Positions 19,870 to 30,727 of a DNA stretch of 64,000 bases are shown here, piece by piece. The stretch is from positions 507,914 to 571,913 of the forward strand of contig OZ244228.1 in NCBI GenBank assembly GCA_965217045.1, given 5' to 3'. This stretch comes from Vicinamibacterales bacterium (GTDB lineage Bacteria; Acidobacteriota; Vicinamibacteria; Vicinamibacterales; UBA8438). The position numbers were made by a program, and so were the translations under genes. Below the pieces are notes generated by a model. It was not told where the DNA came from. It did not search any database and saw only the letters and a program-made list of their open reading frames with translations. How positions within the stretch are numbered: the first letter of the stretch is position 1; each line of letters begins with the position of its first letter.

Positions 19870-20239
19870 CGCATTCAATCCGACGACCGGCCTCATCTAC
19901 TCGACGACGTGGCACGTGCCACGCATCCAGCAACTCCTCCCGGAGCCGCCGGAACGGGTCCTCGGGGCCAGCTCCACGGGAGTCAGCAACCGCTTCCCGC
20001 CGGTCGAGCCGGGCGATCTGCTCGGTCACATCGTGGCAATCAATCCGCTGACCGGCGAGACGCTCTGGGAGTTCCAGACCGGCTCGAGCGTCAACGCGAC
20101 CGCGATTACCTACACGTTGAACGGCCGGCAGCAGGTGACGGTCGCGTCGGGGCTCGGGGGCGGTCTCGCCAACCGGTACGCGCGCGGTCTGGTGCCTGCC
20201 GGCGGCTCGATCTGGACGTTCGCGCTGATGCCCAAGTAG
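19870..20239 (+). pseudogene. PQQ-type beta-propeller dehydrogenase, C-terminal remnant
   Basis: AFNPTTGLIY, AINPLTGETLWEFQTGS, ITYTLNGRQQVTVASG. Confidence 0.7.
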
Positions 20240-20618
20240 CCCCGGCGCCCGGCGCCGGCCGCAGCCGCGGCATGCGCGCCGCCATCGTCTCGACCGAGCC
20301 GGAGCCGATCCTCGTCTGCGTCGACCGCGACGGCAGCGGGACGTCCACGCTGGTCGCTGCCGTCGATCTCTACGCGAACCTCGTGCGGGTCGAGGCGGAC
20401 GCCCGCGCCGGCCTGCTACGGGCGCGTAGCAACCCGATGCAGCGCGGATAGCCGACCGCCTCCCTTCGTGCTACGCCATTCGAGACACGCAGCCGACCCG
20501 TGATTCCGGTGATGCGCATCCCCGCGGAGTACGGCATCATGAGACGCGGCAGCCTGCGGGGCAGGCAGGGGGCCATGAGCTGCGTGCGGTGACCCCGGAT
20601 TGGAAGGGAGCGAACGCC

Positions 20619-22608
20619 ATGCTGAAGACACTGACCCCGGCGTGTGCGGGCACCGTCGTCGTACTCCTGTGGCTTTCCGGAGGCGGTCCGGCGGGACCCT
20701 GGGTGGAGATCGAGCTGGCCGCGGCCGGGCAGGATCAGGAATTCGTACCGATCACCGATGAGATGCTCCGCGATCCGGATCCCGCGGACTGGCTGATGGG
20801 CACCTACGACTTCCAGGCCTTTAGCCCGCTCGATCTCACACGCGAGAACGTCGCCAGCTCCGGCTCGCCTGGATGCGCGCGATGGACGAGGGGGACCAGG
20901 AGATCCGGCCGCTGGTCTACGACGGCGTGATGTACATCGCCAACCCCGGCTCCGATCACCTGCACTGGCTGATGGCATACCGCACCTACGACTTCCAGGC
21001 CTTTAGCCCGCTCGATCGATCACACGCGAGAACGTCGGCCAGCTCCGGCTCGCCTGGATGCGCGCGATGGACGAGGGGGACCAGGAGATCCGGCCGCTGG
21101 TCTACGACGGCGTGATGTACATCGCCAACCCCGGCTCCGATCACCTGCAGGCTATCGACGCCACCACCGGCGACCTGATCTGGGACTATGTGCGCGAGCT
21201 CCCCGCCGACCTGCGCCAGTACGCGCGGGTCGGCGGTCGCACGCGCCACCTGGCGCTGTACGGCAGCCACGTGTATCACCTGACGGCGGACGCGCACATC
21301 ATCGCGGTCGACGCCCGCACCGGCGAGCTGGCCTGGGAGTCGCGCACGGCGGACTACCGCGAGGGGATCAGCCACTCCTCCGGCGCGATGATCATCAACG
21401 GGAACGTGGTCAGCGGACGCACCTGCAGCTCCTCCAGCCTGGAGGCCCGCTGCTTCGTGGCCGCCCACGACGCGGACTCCGGAACCGAGCGCTGGCGGAC
21501 CTATACCGCGGCCGGGGCCGACGACCCGGGCGGCGAGACCTGGGGCACGCTGCCCACCGCCCGCCGGGTCCACGTCTCCCCGTGGGGCGTCCCCGGCAGC
21601 TACGACCCGGAGCTGAACCGCGTCTTCTGGGGCGTCGCAGTACCGCTGCCCTTTCCCCGGCTCGTGCGGCGCGGAACCTGGGACGTCGGCGATCGCTCGC
21701 CGTGCGAGCTGTACTCCAACTCGACCCTCGCCATGAACGCCGACACGGGCGCCATCGACTGGTACTATCAGTACCTGCCGTGCGACGACTGGGATCAGGA
21801 CTTCGTGCAGGAACGCACCCTCATCGACACGGTGGTCAACCCGGATCCGGAGGCGGTCCGCTGGATCAATCCGAAGCTGGCCGGAACGGCGGAGGAGCGC
21901 AAGGTGGTCGTGGTCCTGGGTGAGCCGGGCGGCCTGTTCGTCAACGACCGCGAGACCGGGGAGTTCCTCTGGGCCGACCCGTTCCCGTTTGACAGCACCG
22001 AGCGGTTCGTGATTTCGGACGTCGACGTGGAGACCGGCACCACCTGCATCAACATGGACCTGGTGGCGCGCGAGGAGGGCGACCAGTTCATCATCTGCGG
22101 CCACAACGTGAAGGGCTGGTGGTCGTGGTCGTACAGCCCGGTGACCGGGATGCTCTATGTCCCGATCAACCGCTCCTGTCTGAACCAGACTACGAACTCC
22201 CGCACGATCTCGGGGGCCAGCCCGCGGTTCTCGATTCCCGATCCGGACATCGGGCCGGACGGCGACCTGACCGAGGTGCGGGCGATCGACATCTCGACCG
22301 GCCGCGAGGTGTGGCGCTACAGTCAGCGGGCCCCCAACGCCGGCACGACGCTCGCCACCGCGGGGAACGTGGTCTTCTTCGGCGATTCGTATCGGCGATT
22401 TCGGGCCTTCGACGCGGAGACCGGCGACGTGCTCTGGGAGACGATCCTGGGCAGCCAGATCAGCGGCTATCCGGTGAGCTACGCCGTCGACGGCCGGCAG
22501 TACCTGACGGTGCCGGTGGGCGGCGTCGGCAACCGGCTGCAAACCTACGCGCCGGAAATGGAGGCGCCGACCGGGAGCAACATGCTGGTGACGTTCACGT
22601 TGCCATAG
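20619..22608 (+). CDS. PQQ-binding beta-propeller quinoprotein dehydrogenase-like protein (frame broken by a ~180-bp tandem duplication)
   Basis: Signal peptide, DPDPADWLM, repeated tryptophan-docking motifs (AIDATTGDLIW, WYYQYLPCDDWDQD, YAVDGRQY). Confidence 0.8.
20789..21149 (+). repeat. Tandem duplication (20789-20964 degenerate, 20965-21149 clean)
   Basis: Direct comparison; the first copy carries small deletions. Confidence 0.85.
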
Positions 22609-22613
22609 GCGGG

Positions 22614-23306
22614 GGTATTGTCAGGTTGAGGCGACGAGTGGCAGAGTAGGCCGATGAGGAGCCAGTCGGCCAGCTATCACGGATATCGATTCCCGCCCGA
22701 CCTCAATCAACCACGCGGTCTGGCTCTACCATCGGTTCTGCCTCAGCTTCCGCGATGTCGAAGATCTCCTCGCGCAGCGAGGCGTGACGGTCACCTACGA
22801 GACGATTCGGCAGTGGTGCCAGCGGTTCGGTCCGGTCTACGCGCTGCGGCTGCGGCGCCGGCCAGGGCCGCCAACAGTATCTGTGGCGCGCGGTCGACGA
22901 GGACGGTGACGTCCTGGACATCCTCGTGTAATCGCACCGGAATCGGCGAGCAGCCGTCCGATTCTTTCGGACGCTGCTGAAAGCCCAGGGCCGTGTCCCT
23001 CGACGACTGATCACCGACCAGCTGCGCTCCTACGCCGCCGCGGGCCGCACCGTGATGCCGTCCGTGGTCCACGTCACTGATCAGTACGCGAACAATCGAG
23101 CCGAGGTCTCCCACCAACCGACGCGTCAGCGGGAGCGCCAGATGCGGCGTTTCAAGTCGGCCGTTCAGCTCCAACGGTTCGCGTCGGTTCACGGTATCGT
23201 GCGGAATCTCTTCCGAGTCAGTCGACACCTCCTGCGGTCGGCTCACCACCGCCTGCTCCGCACCCGCGCGTTCGTTGAATGGGATGCGGTGACGTGCGCC
23301 TGCTGA
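22614..23306 (+). pseudogene. IS6-family transposase, frameshifted and internally deleted
   Basis: IR GGTATTGTCAGGTTG; YHGYRFPP, LWRAVD, ITDQLRSY, NNRAEVSHQPTRQRERQMRRFKS. Confidence 0.85.
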
Positions 23307-23641
23307 AAACGATCGGGAGCGTCGATTTCACGGGGCAAGAGCGCGGTGGCTATTTCGGTGAACGTGAACGCAGATTCCGACGAACGTGAACGCCCGTCGG
23401 AGCGCAGCGACGTTCGTCAGTCAGTTTTCTCCCATCGGTGTCGTACGGGTCTTCGATATCCTACCCGTGGTGTTCGCGTTCGAGAGTACAGAAGAGAGTG
23501 CCTGTGGAGCGTGTGGGCGCCGTCTGCGGCGTCCAAACGATGTGGTAAACGCGCTGTCGATGACGACCCAGTTGCGCTGGGCGTGGCGCGCGCGTTTTCC
23601 ACGCCGTGCCACGATCCATAGGCCGGCTGCCGGTCGCGTGC

Positions 23642-24409
23642 TCATGTCGTCTCCTTTGTCTTCTTCGGGCGGTTGTCCGGCGCGTCGTGTGTCCGTCGCA
23701 TCGAGCGCCCCTTGAGCTCGATGCGGTGCGCGTCGTGGAGCAGGCGGTCGCAGATGGCGTCGGCCTGGTTGGGGTCGCCGATGACGGCGTGCCAGTCGGT
23801 CACGGGCAGTTGGCTGGCGATGAGCGTCGAGGCGCGTTCGGCGCGGTCCTCGATCACCTCGATGAGGTCTCGCCGCTCGGGGTCGCGCAGCGGCGCGAGC
23901 ATCCAGTCGTCGATCGCGAGCAGGTCGAGCTTGGCCAGGCGGGCGAGCAGCCGGGTGTAGGAGCCGTCGCCGCGGCCGACGGCCAGCTCGTGCAGCAGGC
24001 GCGGCATGCGGACGTAGCGCGCGGCGAAGCCGCGACGGCACGCCCGTTCGACGAGGGCGCACGAGAGGAAGCTTTTGCCGATGCCGGTTGGGCCGACCAG
24101 GATCAAGTTGTGGCGTTCGGCGATCCACGCGCAGGTTCCCAGCGTGAGGACCTGCGGGCGGTTGAGTCGCCGGGGGTGGGTGAAGTCGACGGCCTCGAGC
24201 GTCGCCGCGTAGCGGAGCCTGGCCGTGCGGAGGCGCCGCTCGAGCTTGCGCTGCTCGCGGGCCGTCCACTCGGTGTCGACGAGCAGGCCGAAACGGTCCT
24301 CGAAGCTGAGCCCGGCGGCCTCGGCGGTCTTGAGCTGTTGCTGGAAGGCGTCGGCCATCGCGCCGAGCTTCATGGCGTTGAGCTTGTCGAGCGTCTGTTC
24401 GGTCAGCAT
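23642..24409 (-). CDS. istB: IS21 helper ATPase IstB
   Basis: GPTGIGKS, LLAIDDW; paralog of 10389-11147. Confidence 0.92.
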   Translation of the reverse strand: MLTEQTLDKLNAMKLGAMADAFQQQLKTAEAAGLSFEDRFGLLVDTEWTAREQRKLERRLRTARLRYAATLEAVDFTHPRRLNRPQVLTLGTCAWIAERHNLILVGPTGIGKSFLSCALVERACRRGFAARYVRMPRLLHELAVGRGDGSYTRLLARLAKLDLLAIDDWMLAPLRDPERRDLIEVIEDRAERASTLIASQLPVTDWHAVIGDPNQADAICDRLLHDAHRIELKGRSMRRTHDAPDNRPKKTKETT

Positions 24410-25849
24410 CGGTCCTCCGTGGTCGCGGCGTAGTAGTCGGCGCCGCGGATATTGGCGTGCGTCGGCGGTTCGAGCGGCAGTCGCTCCTGGCCGGCGGTGA
24501 GGATGTTCCTGACGGTGTGGAAGCGGCACGAGCCGAGCGCCAGCGCGCGGGCACTCGCCGCCTCGAGCCGGCTGTTTCCGTAACGCCGCCCCAGCTGCAT
24601 GATTCCCAGACAGGCGCGATAGCCCTGCTCGGGGTGCGGGCGGCTCTGCAGGATCCGGGTGACGAGCTGTCCGGTCGCCGGTCCAGCCTTCTCGGCCCAG
24701 CGGATGAGCCGCGACGGGGTCCACTCGGCATGCGCGCGGTGGGCGCTGGGCATGTGCTCGGCCACGGTGGACGGCTGACGGTCGTAGCGCCGCCGGTGCG
24801 ATGCCACGCGCTTGTCGCGATGGAAGATCTCGACGGTGTGGGTGGTGTAGCGGACCTCGACCTGCTCGCGGACCAGTTGGTACGGGACGCTGTAGACGTG
24901 CCGGTCAACCTCGACGTGGTAGTCGATGTTGACGCGGCACAGCTTCCAGTGGGCCAGGACGTAGCGGGCGGTGGGCAGGGGCCGCAGCGCCGGGCGGTCG
25001 AGCTGCTCGTAGAGGGCGCGGCGGCTGACGCCGAGCTTCTTCATTGGCCGGTCGTTGAGTTCGTCGAGCCCGACGCGGATCGCCCGATTCAGCGCGCCGA
25101 GTTCGAAGAAGGTCTGGTCGCGGAGCCGGGCCAGGATCCATCTCTGGGCCACGAGCACACCGCTTTCGACGACCGCCTTGTCGCGTGGCTTTCTGGGGCG
25201 CGCCGGGACGACGACGGCGCCGTAGTGGGCGGCCAGGTCCTCGTAGCTGCGGTTGACGTCGGGCTCGTAGCGGCAGGGGCGGGTGATGGCGCTCTTGAGC
25301 TGGTCGGGGACCCACAGCGTGGTGGCGCCCCCGAAGTACTCCACCATGTGGAGGTGGGCGTTGACCCAGTCAGCCAGCTGCTGGGTCGCGGTCGCCTCGG
25401 CGTAAGTGAGGCTGCTGGCGCCCAGCACGGCGACGAACAGCTCGACAGGCCGCAGTTCACCCGTGCGCCGGTCGACCAGCGTCGGCCGCTTGCCCGAGAA
25501 GTCGATGAAGGTCTTCTCGCCGACGCGGTGCACTTGGCGCATCGACGGCCGCAGCCGCCGCGCCCACTGCCGGTAGATCTCGCAGAACTGCGTATAGCGG
25601 TAGCCGCTCTGATGGACCTGCGCGTACTCCTCCCAGAGCAGCTGCAGGGTGACGCCATTGCGCTTGAGCTCGCGGTGGATGTACGCGCAGTCGGGCCGGG
25701 CCCGGTCGCGCACCGGCGCGGGGCGAGGAAATAGACGCGCCTCGAGCGCCGCGTCGTCCAACTCGGCCGGCAACGGCCAGCCGAGCCCGCACTGTGCCGT
25801 CCTCCGCAGATACAGCGTGACCGTGCCCAGGCCGATTGCGCAGACCTGG
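24403..25849 (-). pseudogene. istA: IS21 transposase IstA, N-terminus interrupted at 25850
   Basis: Paralog of 11141-12700; N-terminal HTH cut by the IS end. Confidence 0.88.
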
Positions 25850-26491
25850 GAGCCGCTTGCAAAACTCCCGGGGGATTGGGGTGGGCGCAGTCCTCAGCTC
25901 TCTTGGTGAACACGATTTGCCCTGGATCGTGGACTGGATATCTTGTCGGGAGAACCGGCGGCACGCCGGGAGGTAGAAGTCGGATGTTTCGACGTGTTCT
26001 CGACCGCGCGTTGGGACACCCGTGGGTGACTGACGCCCGTCGGGCGCCTCAGGGCGTTGCCGGCGGTGCACTGGTTATGTCACGAGGCGCACGAGCTGGT
26101 CGGCGGTGAGTGCGAGCACGCCGAACATGCAGTGGCACATTATTTTCGAGGCGCCACAGACCCGGACATGGCGACCGCCGAACTCGTCCTTGAGTCGGCC
26201 ATTGACGCGCTCACCCGCCGTACGCTCGTTGTAGCGAGCCTGCTCGGGAAGCTGAAAGCGATACGCTGCAGGCGCCGGGCTTCGGTTCGCAATTCCTCCG
26301 CCAACGCCTTGTCGCGGCGGGGGTTGGTGTCAATCAACGGGACGTGGCCGAGTGAGCGGCTGTGCTGGCGGATCGGTTCCGCGTCGTAGGCGGCGTCCAT
26401 CAGGTCATACAGATTGGTCGTTCGCTCGGCCGACAAGGTCGCCAGCGGAATGGCGGCTTGGCTGTCGTGCAGGGAGGCGGACGTCAGCAGG
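25850..26491 (-). mobile_element. 3' part of IS5/IS1182-like element, copy 2 (transposase C-terminus ~26074-26491)
   Basis: Near-identical to 10011-10041 + 12897-13507 in inverted orientation, without the IS21 insertion. Confidence 0.85.
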
Positions 26492-27172
26492 GTAGAGTCG
26501 ACGACTGGCGCGGTGGCGGTAGGCGTAGGGGGTAGCTGTTCCCGGCAGCTTTCGCTGATGCCGGTGCCTCACTCCTCGCCATGGCTCCGTTTCCAGTCGC
26601 CGCTCATCGAACCGGACGGGCGGATTTCCCGCATCCGGCTCTCGGGCGAGATCATGCCTTCGCCCACGGAAAGCTCGCCGTTCGCGGAACAAGGCGGGTG
26701 AGCCCGTACTCTTGCCAGAGTCGCTCATCCGGGAAGCGCACGTATTTCCCTAACTGCACCTTGTGCTTGCGACAGAGCCACTGGCGCAGCCGCCGCGTCG
26801 CGTGCCGGTCAATCGCAGCGTAGGCCGGGCTGACCTGCCCCAGGGTGAAGTAGTTCGCCCAACCGGTCAACAGCCGATTGATGCGCGCTACCACCACCGG
26901 CGGCGATAGGGGCCCGTTACGCCGCGTAGTCAGTTCGCTCACGCGACGGCAGATGCTCTGGACGTTCGACTGACTCGGCCGCGTGCCGATATAGGCGCGC
27001 CCCGTGTCCCGCCGGTAGTTGCGCCCAATCCGGTCGCCGAGGAACGTCATCGACTCCTCCGGCAACCGGCAGCAGCGGGTCTTCTCGGCGTTCATCGGCA
27101 GCTTCAGACGCTCCAGCAGGGTTTCGACCGCGGCCAGCATCACCGCTGCCGGCGCTCGGCCGAGCACCGCAA

Positions 27173-27884
27173 GGTGAGTCGCCCGGGGGAATCTCACCCC
27201 CGGGCGCTCGCAGAACTGTACGTGAACGTCTCCGCTCATACAGCTCCCATCATCCAGCCGAGCGTCAGCCCCAGCAGATGCCAGTGGGCGAACAGCCATC
27301 GACCACCGAGCCAGTGAATGGCGCGGCGGCGATGGCGCCGGAGCCTCTTGTATTTCCGCATGGCCCATCGAACCAACAGGCAGTGGCGAAAGACCGAATA
27401 CAGGGCCGACTTGTAGAAACGGCCGTAGAATTGAATCCAGCCACGAAGGCTTCCACATGCGGGCCAGGTCGTCGATGGCCTTGTCGCTGCGCCGAGGGAG
27501 GTGCCAACGTCGCATCTTCTGCCGCATCCGTGTCGCCGCCGCATTGCTCACCGCCGGTATGAAGCTGATGAAGTACTGACCCCATCGATTCTTTGCCCAG
27601 TATCCCAGGAAGGTGAACTGCTCCGTGGGATACTGCCCCGGCCGGTCGTCATCCTTGCAGTAGACGATACGCGTCTTCTCCGGATGTACTTCCAGCCGGA
27701 TTGCGCCGACGCCGTTTGATGTGCGCCAGGACCGCGTCTCCGTCCGACAGTGCGCGACGGCATCCGCATACCTCTCGAACGGAACGTCCGGGACCGCATC
27801 CAGTCGTCGAACGCGAGGTGCAGATATTGGCCAGGAGCGGGCTCGCGGCCCCCTTGGGGCGATCGTGCGCGGTACCAGGGTTCC
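27173..27884 (-). repeat. Degenerate tandem duplicate of the intron B 3' region (master 27885-28664)
   Basis: Same sequence with many small deletions. Confidence 0.85.
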
Positions 27885-27953
27885 GCCCGGGGGAATCTCA
27901 CCCCCGGGCGCTCGCAGAACTGCACGTGAACGTCTCCGCTCATACAGCTCCCA

Positions 27954-29204
27954 TCATCCAGCCGCCGGCGTCAGCCCCAGCAGATGCCAGTGGGCGAACA
28001 GCCGGGGCGCGCGACGCGCAAGACCACCGAGCCAGTGAATGGCGCGGCGGCGATGGCGCCGGAGCCTCTTGTATTTCCGCATGGCCCATCGAACCAACAG
28101 GTCGTTGAAGTGGCGAAAGACCGAATACAGGGCCGACTTGTAGAAACGGCCGTAGAATTGAATCCAGCCACGAAGGACAGGATTCCACATGCGGGCCAGG
28201 TCGTCGATGGCCTTGTCGCTGCGCCGAGGGAGGTGCCAACGTCGCATCTTCTGCCGCATCCGTGTCGCCGCCGCATTGCTCACCGCCGGTATGAAGCTGA
28301 TGAAGTACTGACCCCATCGATTCTTTGCCCGACGAGAGCGAAACGTGTATCCCAGGAAGGTGAACTGCTCCGTGGGATACTGCCCCGGCCGGTCGTCATC
28401 CTTGCAGTAGACGATACGCGTCTTCTCCGGATGTACTTCCAGCCGGCATTGCGCCAGACGACGTTTGATGTGCGCCAGGACCTGCTGCGCCTGCGTCTCC
28501 GTCCGACAGTGCGCGACGATATCATCCGCATACCTCTCGAACGGAACGTCCGGGTGCGTTGACCGCATCCAGTCGTCGAACGCGAGGTGCAAGAAGATAT
28601 TGGCCAGGAGCGGGCTCGCGACGCCCCCTTGGGGCGTTCCCATCGTGCGCGGTACCAGGGTTCCGTCTTCCTGCTGCATGGGAGCGGTCAGCCACCGCTG
28701 CACATAGAGCAGAATCCACCGGCACCGGGTGTACTTCCTGGCCGCACGCATGACGAGCGCGTGGTCCAGGTTGTCAAAGAAGCCGCGGATATCCAGATCG
28801 ATCACCCAGTCATAACGCCAGCATCGCTGCCGGGCCGTCGTGAGTGCGTCGATCGCGGACTTCCGCGGGCGATACCCATACGAATCGGGATGGAACTGTG
28901 GCTCCACGTCCGGTTCCAGGTACATCTTGACCACCGTCTGGGCAATTCTGTCGGCGACAGTGGGAATGCCCAAGCGTCGCTCGCTTCCGTCCTTCTTCGG
29001 TATCCCAACCGACCGGACCGGAGGCGGGAAGTACGTGCCCGACGACATCCGATTCCAAATCTTATAGAGATTGTTCTTCAGGTCCTGCTCGAACATCTCG
29101 ACAGACTCAGCATCGACGCCAGCTGCTCCGTGGTTCGCCTTGACCCGAGTGTAGGCCTCCCAAACCACCCACTTGGAAATACGAAACGGCTTCGCGTGGC
29201 TCGA
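27954..29204 (-). CDS. ltrA: Group II intron reverse transcriptase/maturase, intact, no endonuclease domain (class D / RmInt1-like)
   Basis: KPFRISK..GAAGVD, RRLGIPTVADR, YGYRP, DIRGFFD, GTPQGGVASPLLAN, RYADD, FTFLGY, LRGWIQFY. Start codon uncertain. Confidence 0.93.
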   Translation of the reverse strand, partial: SSHAKPFRISKWVVWEAYTRVKANHGAAGVDAESVEMFEQDLKNNLYKIWNRMSSGTYFPPPVRSVGIPKKDGSERRLGIPTVADRIAQTVVKMYLEPDVEPQFHPDSYGYRPRKSAIDALTTARQRCWRYDWVIDLDIRGFFDNLDHALVMRAARKYTRCRWILLYVQRWLTAPMQQEDGTLVPRTMGTPQGGVASPLLANIFLHLAFDDWMRSTHPDVPFERYADDIVAHCRTETQAQQVLAHIKRRLAQCRLEVHPEKTRIVYCKDDDRPGQYPTEQFTFLGYTFRSRRAKNRWGQYFISFIPAVSNAAATRMRQKMRRWHLPRRSDKAIDDLARMWNPVLRGWIQFYGRFYKSALYSVFRHFNDLLVRWAMRKYKRLRRHRRRAIHWLGGLARRAPRLFAHWHLLGLTPAAG

Positions 29205-29862
29205 CGGCTCCTCCCGCTCGCGCGGTTGACCGTCGGGACACGCTGGATGACGCGACCCCTTTGCTCCATCGAATTTCCTCGACTTCATCGCTCGTACGGG
29301 TCGCTCCGCCCCTGTGCCTCGCATCGGGCTTCTCATCCTTGGGGGTCGGCCCCTTGGACTTCTCCCTTCGCATCGAGGCGACAGGTTCCCACGTTCCGCA
29401 CAAGGGCCTGGTGCAGGGTCACGCCACCTTTATGCCGGGTGCCGCCCAGCCAAGCTGCAGGCTCCCGCTGGACTTGTCCCGGGTTAACGACTCGCCCCGG
29501 TTTCGACACCGTCCCTACGCTTTCGACACGTTGCCGGTGGTTCATTCACTTCGTCTCCCTGCACCCTACCTGGCGCGGTCGCGCCGCGCCGTTTCCGTGA
29601 CGCTTACCACCTCGGCTCTTGACCGAGGCAGCGCACGGCGGTTTGGAGCCTCCCCCTGCCGGGCGGCTCCGAGGGGCCTGCCCTCATCCCTCATGCAGCA
29701 TGGCTGCAGCTAGGTGGCCATCTCGGCCTCCTTTCCGCGCCTTCGTGGCGCACAGTCGTCTGCGTAGTTGACGATTTCCGCCTCGAAGCGCCGGGCGTAG
29801 CCCATTACCTTCCAGCCCAGAATGAAGCGACGCATGTAGACGTTGCTGAACAGCGGTGAACT

Positions 29863-30280
29863 TACTCCCCGAACGCAAAAGATAACTTCGAGGGTCCGCG
29901 GCGTTGTCGGCGTCGTTGTTCGGTCCGCCACCGTTCGTTGGCGGTGGCCCCGAGGGTACGGGAATGCAGTGGCGGATCACGATCTTGTCGTCATTGACGA
30001 GGACCTCCTTGACGATGAGGCGCACGATTCGCTGCCGCTCCACGATGTCGAGCGTCTCGGCCGTCGCGCGCAGGCGCGTGAGAAACGCCGACAGGGTCTC
30101 GGCCAAGCGCAGATGCGCGGCGCGCTCGCGAGTCTGCTCGACCAAAGCGTTCAACTCGTAGCGTAGCGTCTGCTCACGTTGACGCAGCAACGGCATCCGC
30201 TCACGTAGCTGCTCGAGCGACAGCAGATCCTCCTGGTAGGCGGTGAGCAGCCGTTCCATGCTCTTCCCGACTCGAGTGAG
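29863..30280 (-). mobile_element. Right end of a second copy of the LSR element (attR plus recombinase 3' end)
   Basis: Near-identical to ~6137-6554; arm at 29863-29888 joined via an AG core to TTCACCG (S-P) of intron C RT. Confidence 0.9.
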
Positions 30281-30371
30281 AACGGCGGAGCAAAAATAGA
30301 CCACAGCGCGGCGGTGTGTGACGTGGTCCCGGTGGTTTGGACAACTCGAGGGCTTGGTTAAGGTGTATTCC
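30277..30371 (+). mobile_element. Stacked IS-end fragments (IS21-like end 30277-30318, IS3-like left end 30319-30371)
   Basis: AACGGCGGAGCAAAAATAGACCAC resembles IS21 ends; TGACGTGGTCCCGGTGGTTTGGACAAC..TAAGGTGTATTCC resembles the IS3 end at 32114. Confidence 0.5.
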
Positions 30372-30727
30372 GATTGCGAAAGCACGCCCTCGTCGTCCTC
30401 GGCTCCTGCACTGACCGGCGGCTGCCACGGTTGGCACGAGGCCGGTTCGTATCCGGTTATCGATGATGATGATGCGCTGTGGAACTGTGGGAATCTCGCG
30501 GCCGGTGCGCAGGCATGGGCGGCGGCGCTCGCCCGCGAGATTTCCAACGGCCTGTGGGTGCCCGCCTCGCCTCCCTCCGGATTCAGCGCGACGGTGAGCG
30601 GGCGTCCACAGGCCGGGCAGGTCCACAGCGCCGGGTGGGACATGGTGCTCGGTCCGCTCATGCGCTGACGGCTTCCTCCTTCTCGATGAACTGGAACGGT
30701 GCTGGAGCCGGTCAACGAACGGCTCAC

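Larger units (their letters stand above)
23347..25849 (-). mobile_element. IS21-family element, copy 2 (5' end lost behind an IS5-like insertion)
   Basis: istA/istB pair; terminal GTGAACG repeats at ~23347-23410. Confidence 0.85.
27173..29753 (-). mobile_element. Group II intron B, full-length copy, inserted 1 nt after the YADD codons of intron C RT
   Basis: GTGCG at 29753; ends ..GACTCACC at 27173; removal restores TAC GCA GAC GAC T|TT (YADDF). Confidence 0.92.
26492..29860 (-). mobile_element. Group II intron C, 3' half (RT pieces 29860-29754 and 27172-26652; DV-DVI 26648-26492)
   Basis: SPLFSNVYMRRFILGWK..NYADD|FAVLG..MTFLG..LTGWANYF..FPWAKA*; DV GAGAGCCGGATGCGGGAAATCCGCCCGTCCGGTTCG. Confidence 0.88.

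Noticed and set aside
20271-20451. Possible 59-aa ORF after the PQQ remnant
   Set aside because: Too short and has no motif support.
27954-29336. RT as a possible retron, DGR or Abi-type defence RT
   Set aside because: It lies within GTGCG..DV/DVI intron boundaries and has a maturase domain; no template/variable repeat pair or msr-msd is visible.
30372-30727. Short Cys-containing ORF (WTCPACGRP) between IS ends
   Set aside because: No consistent frame or family motif; cannot be supported as a gene.
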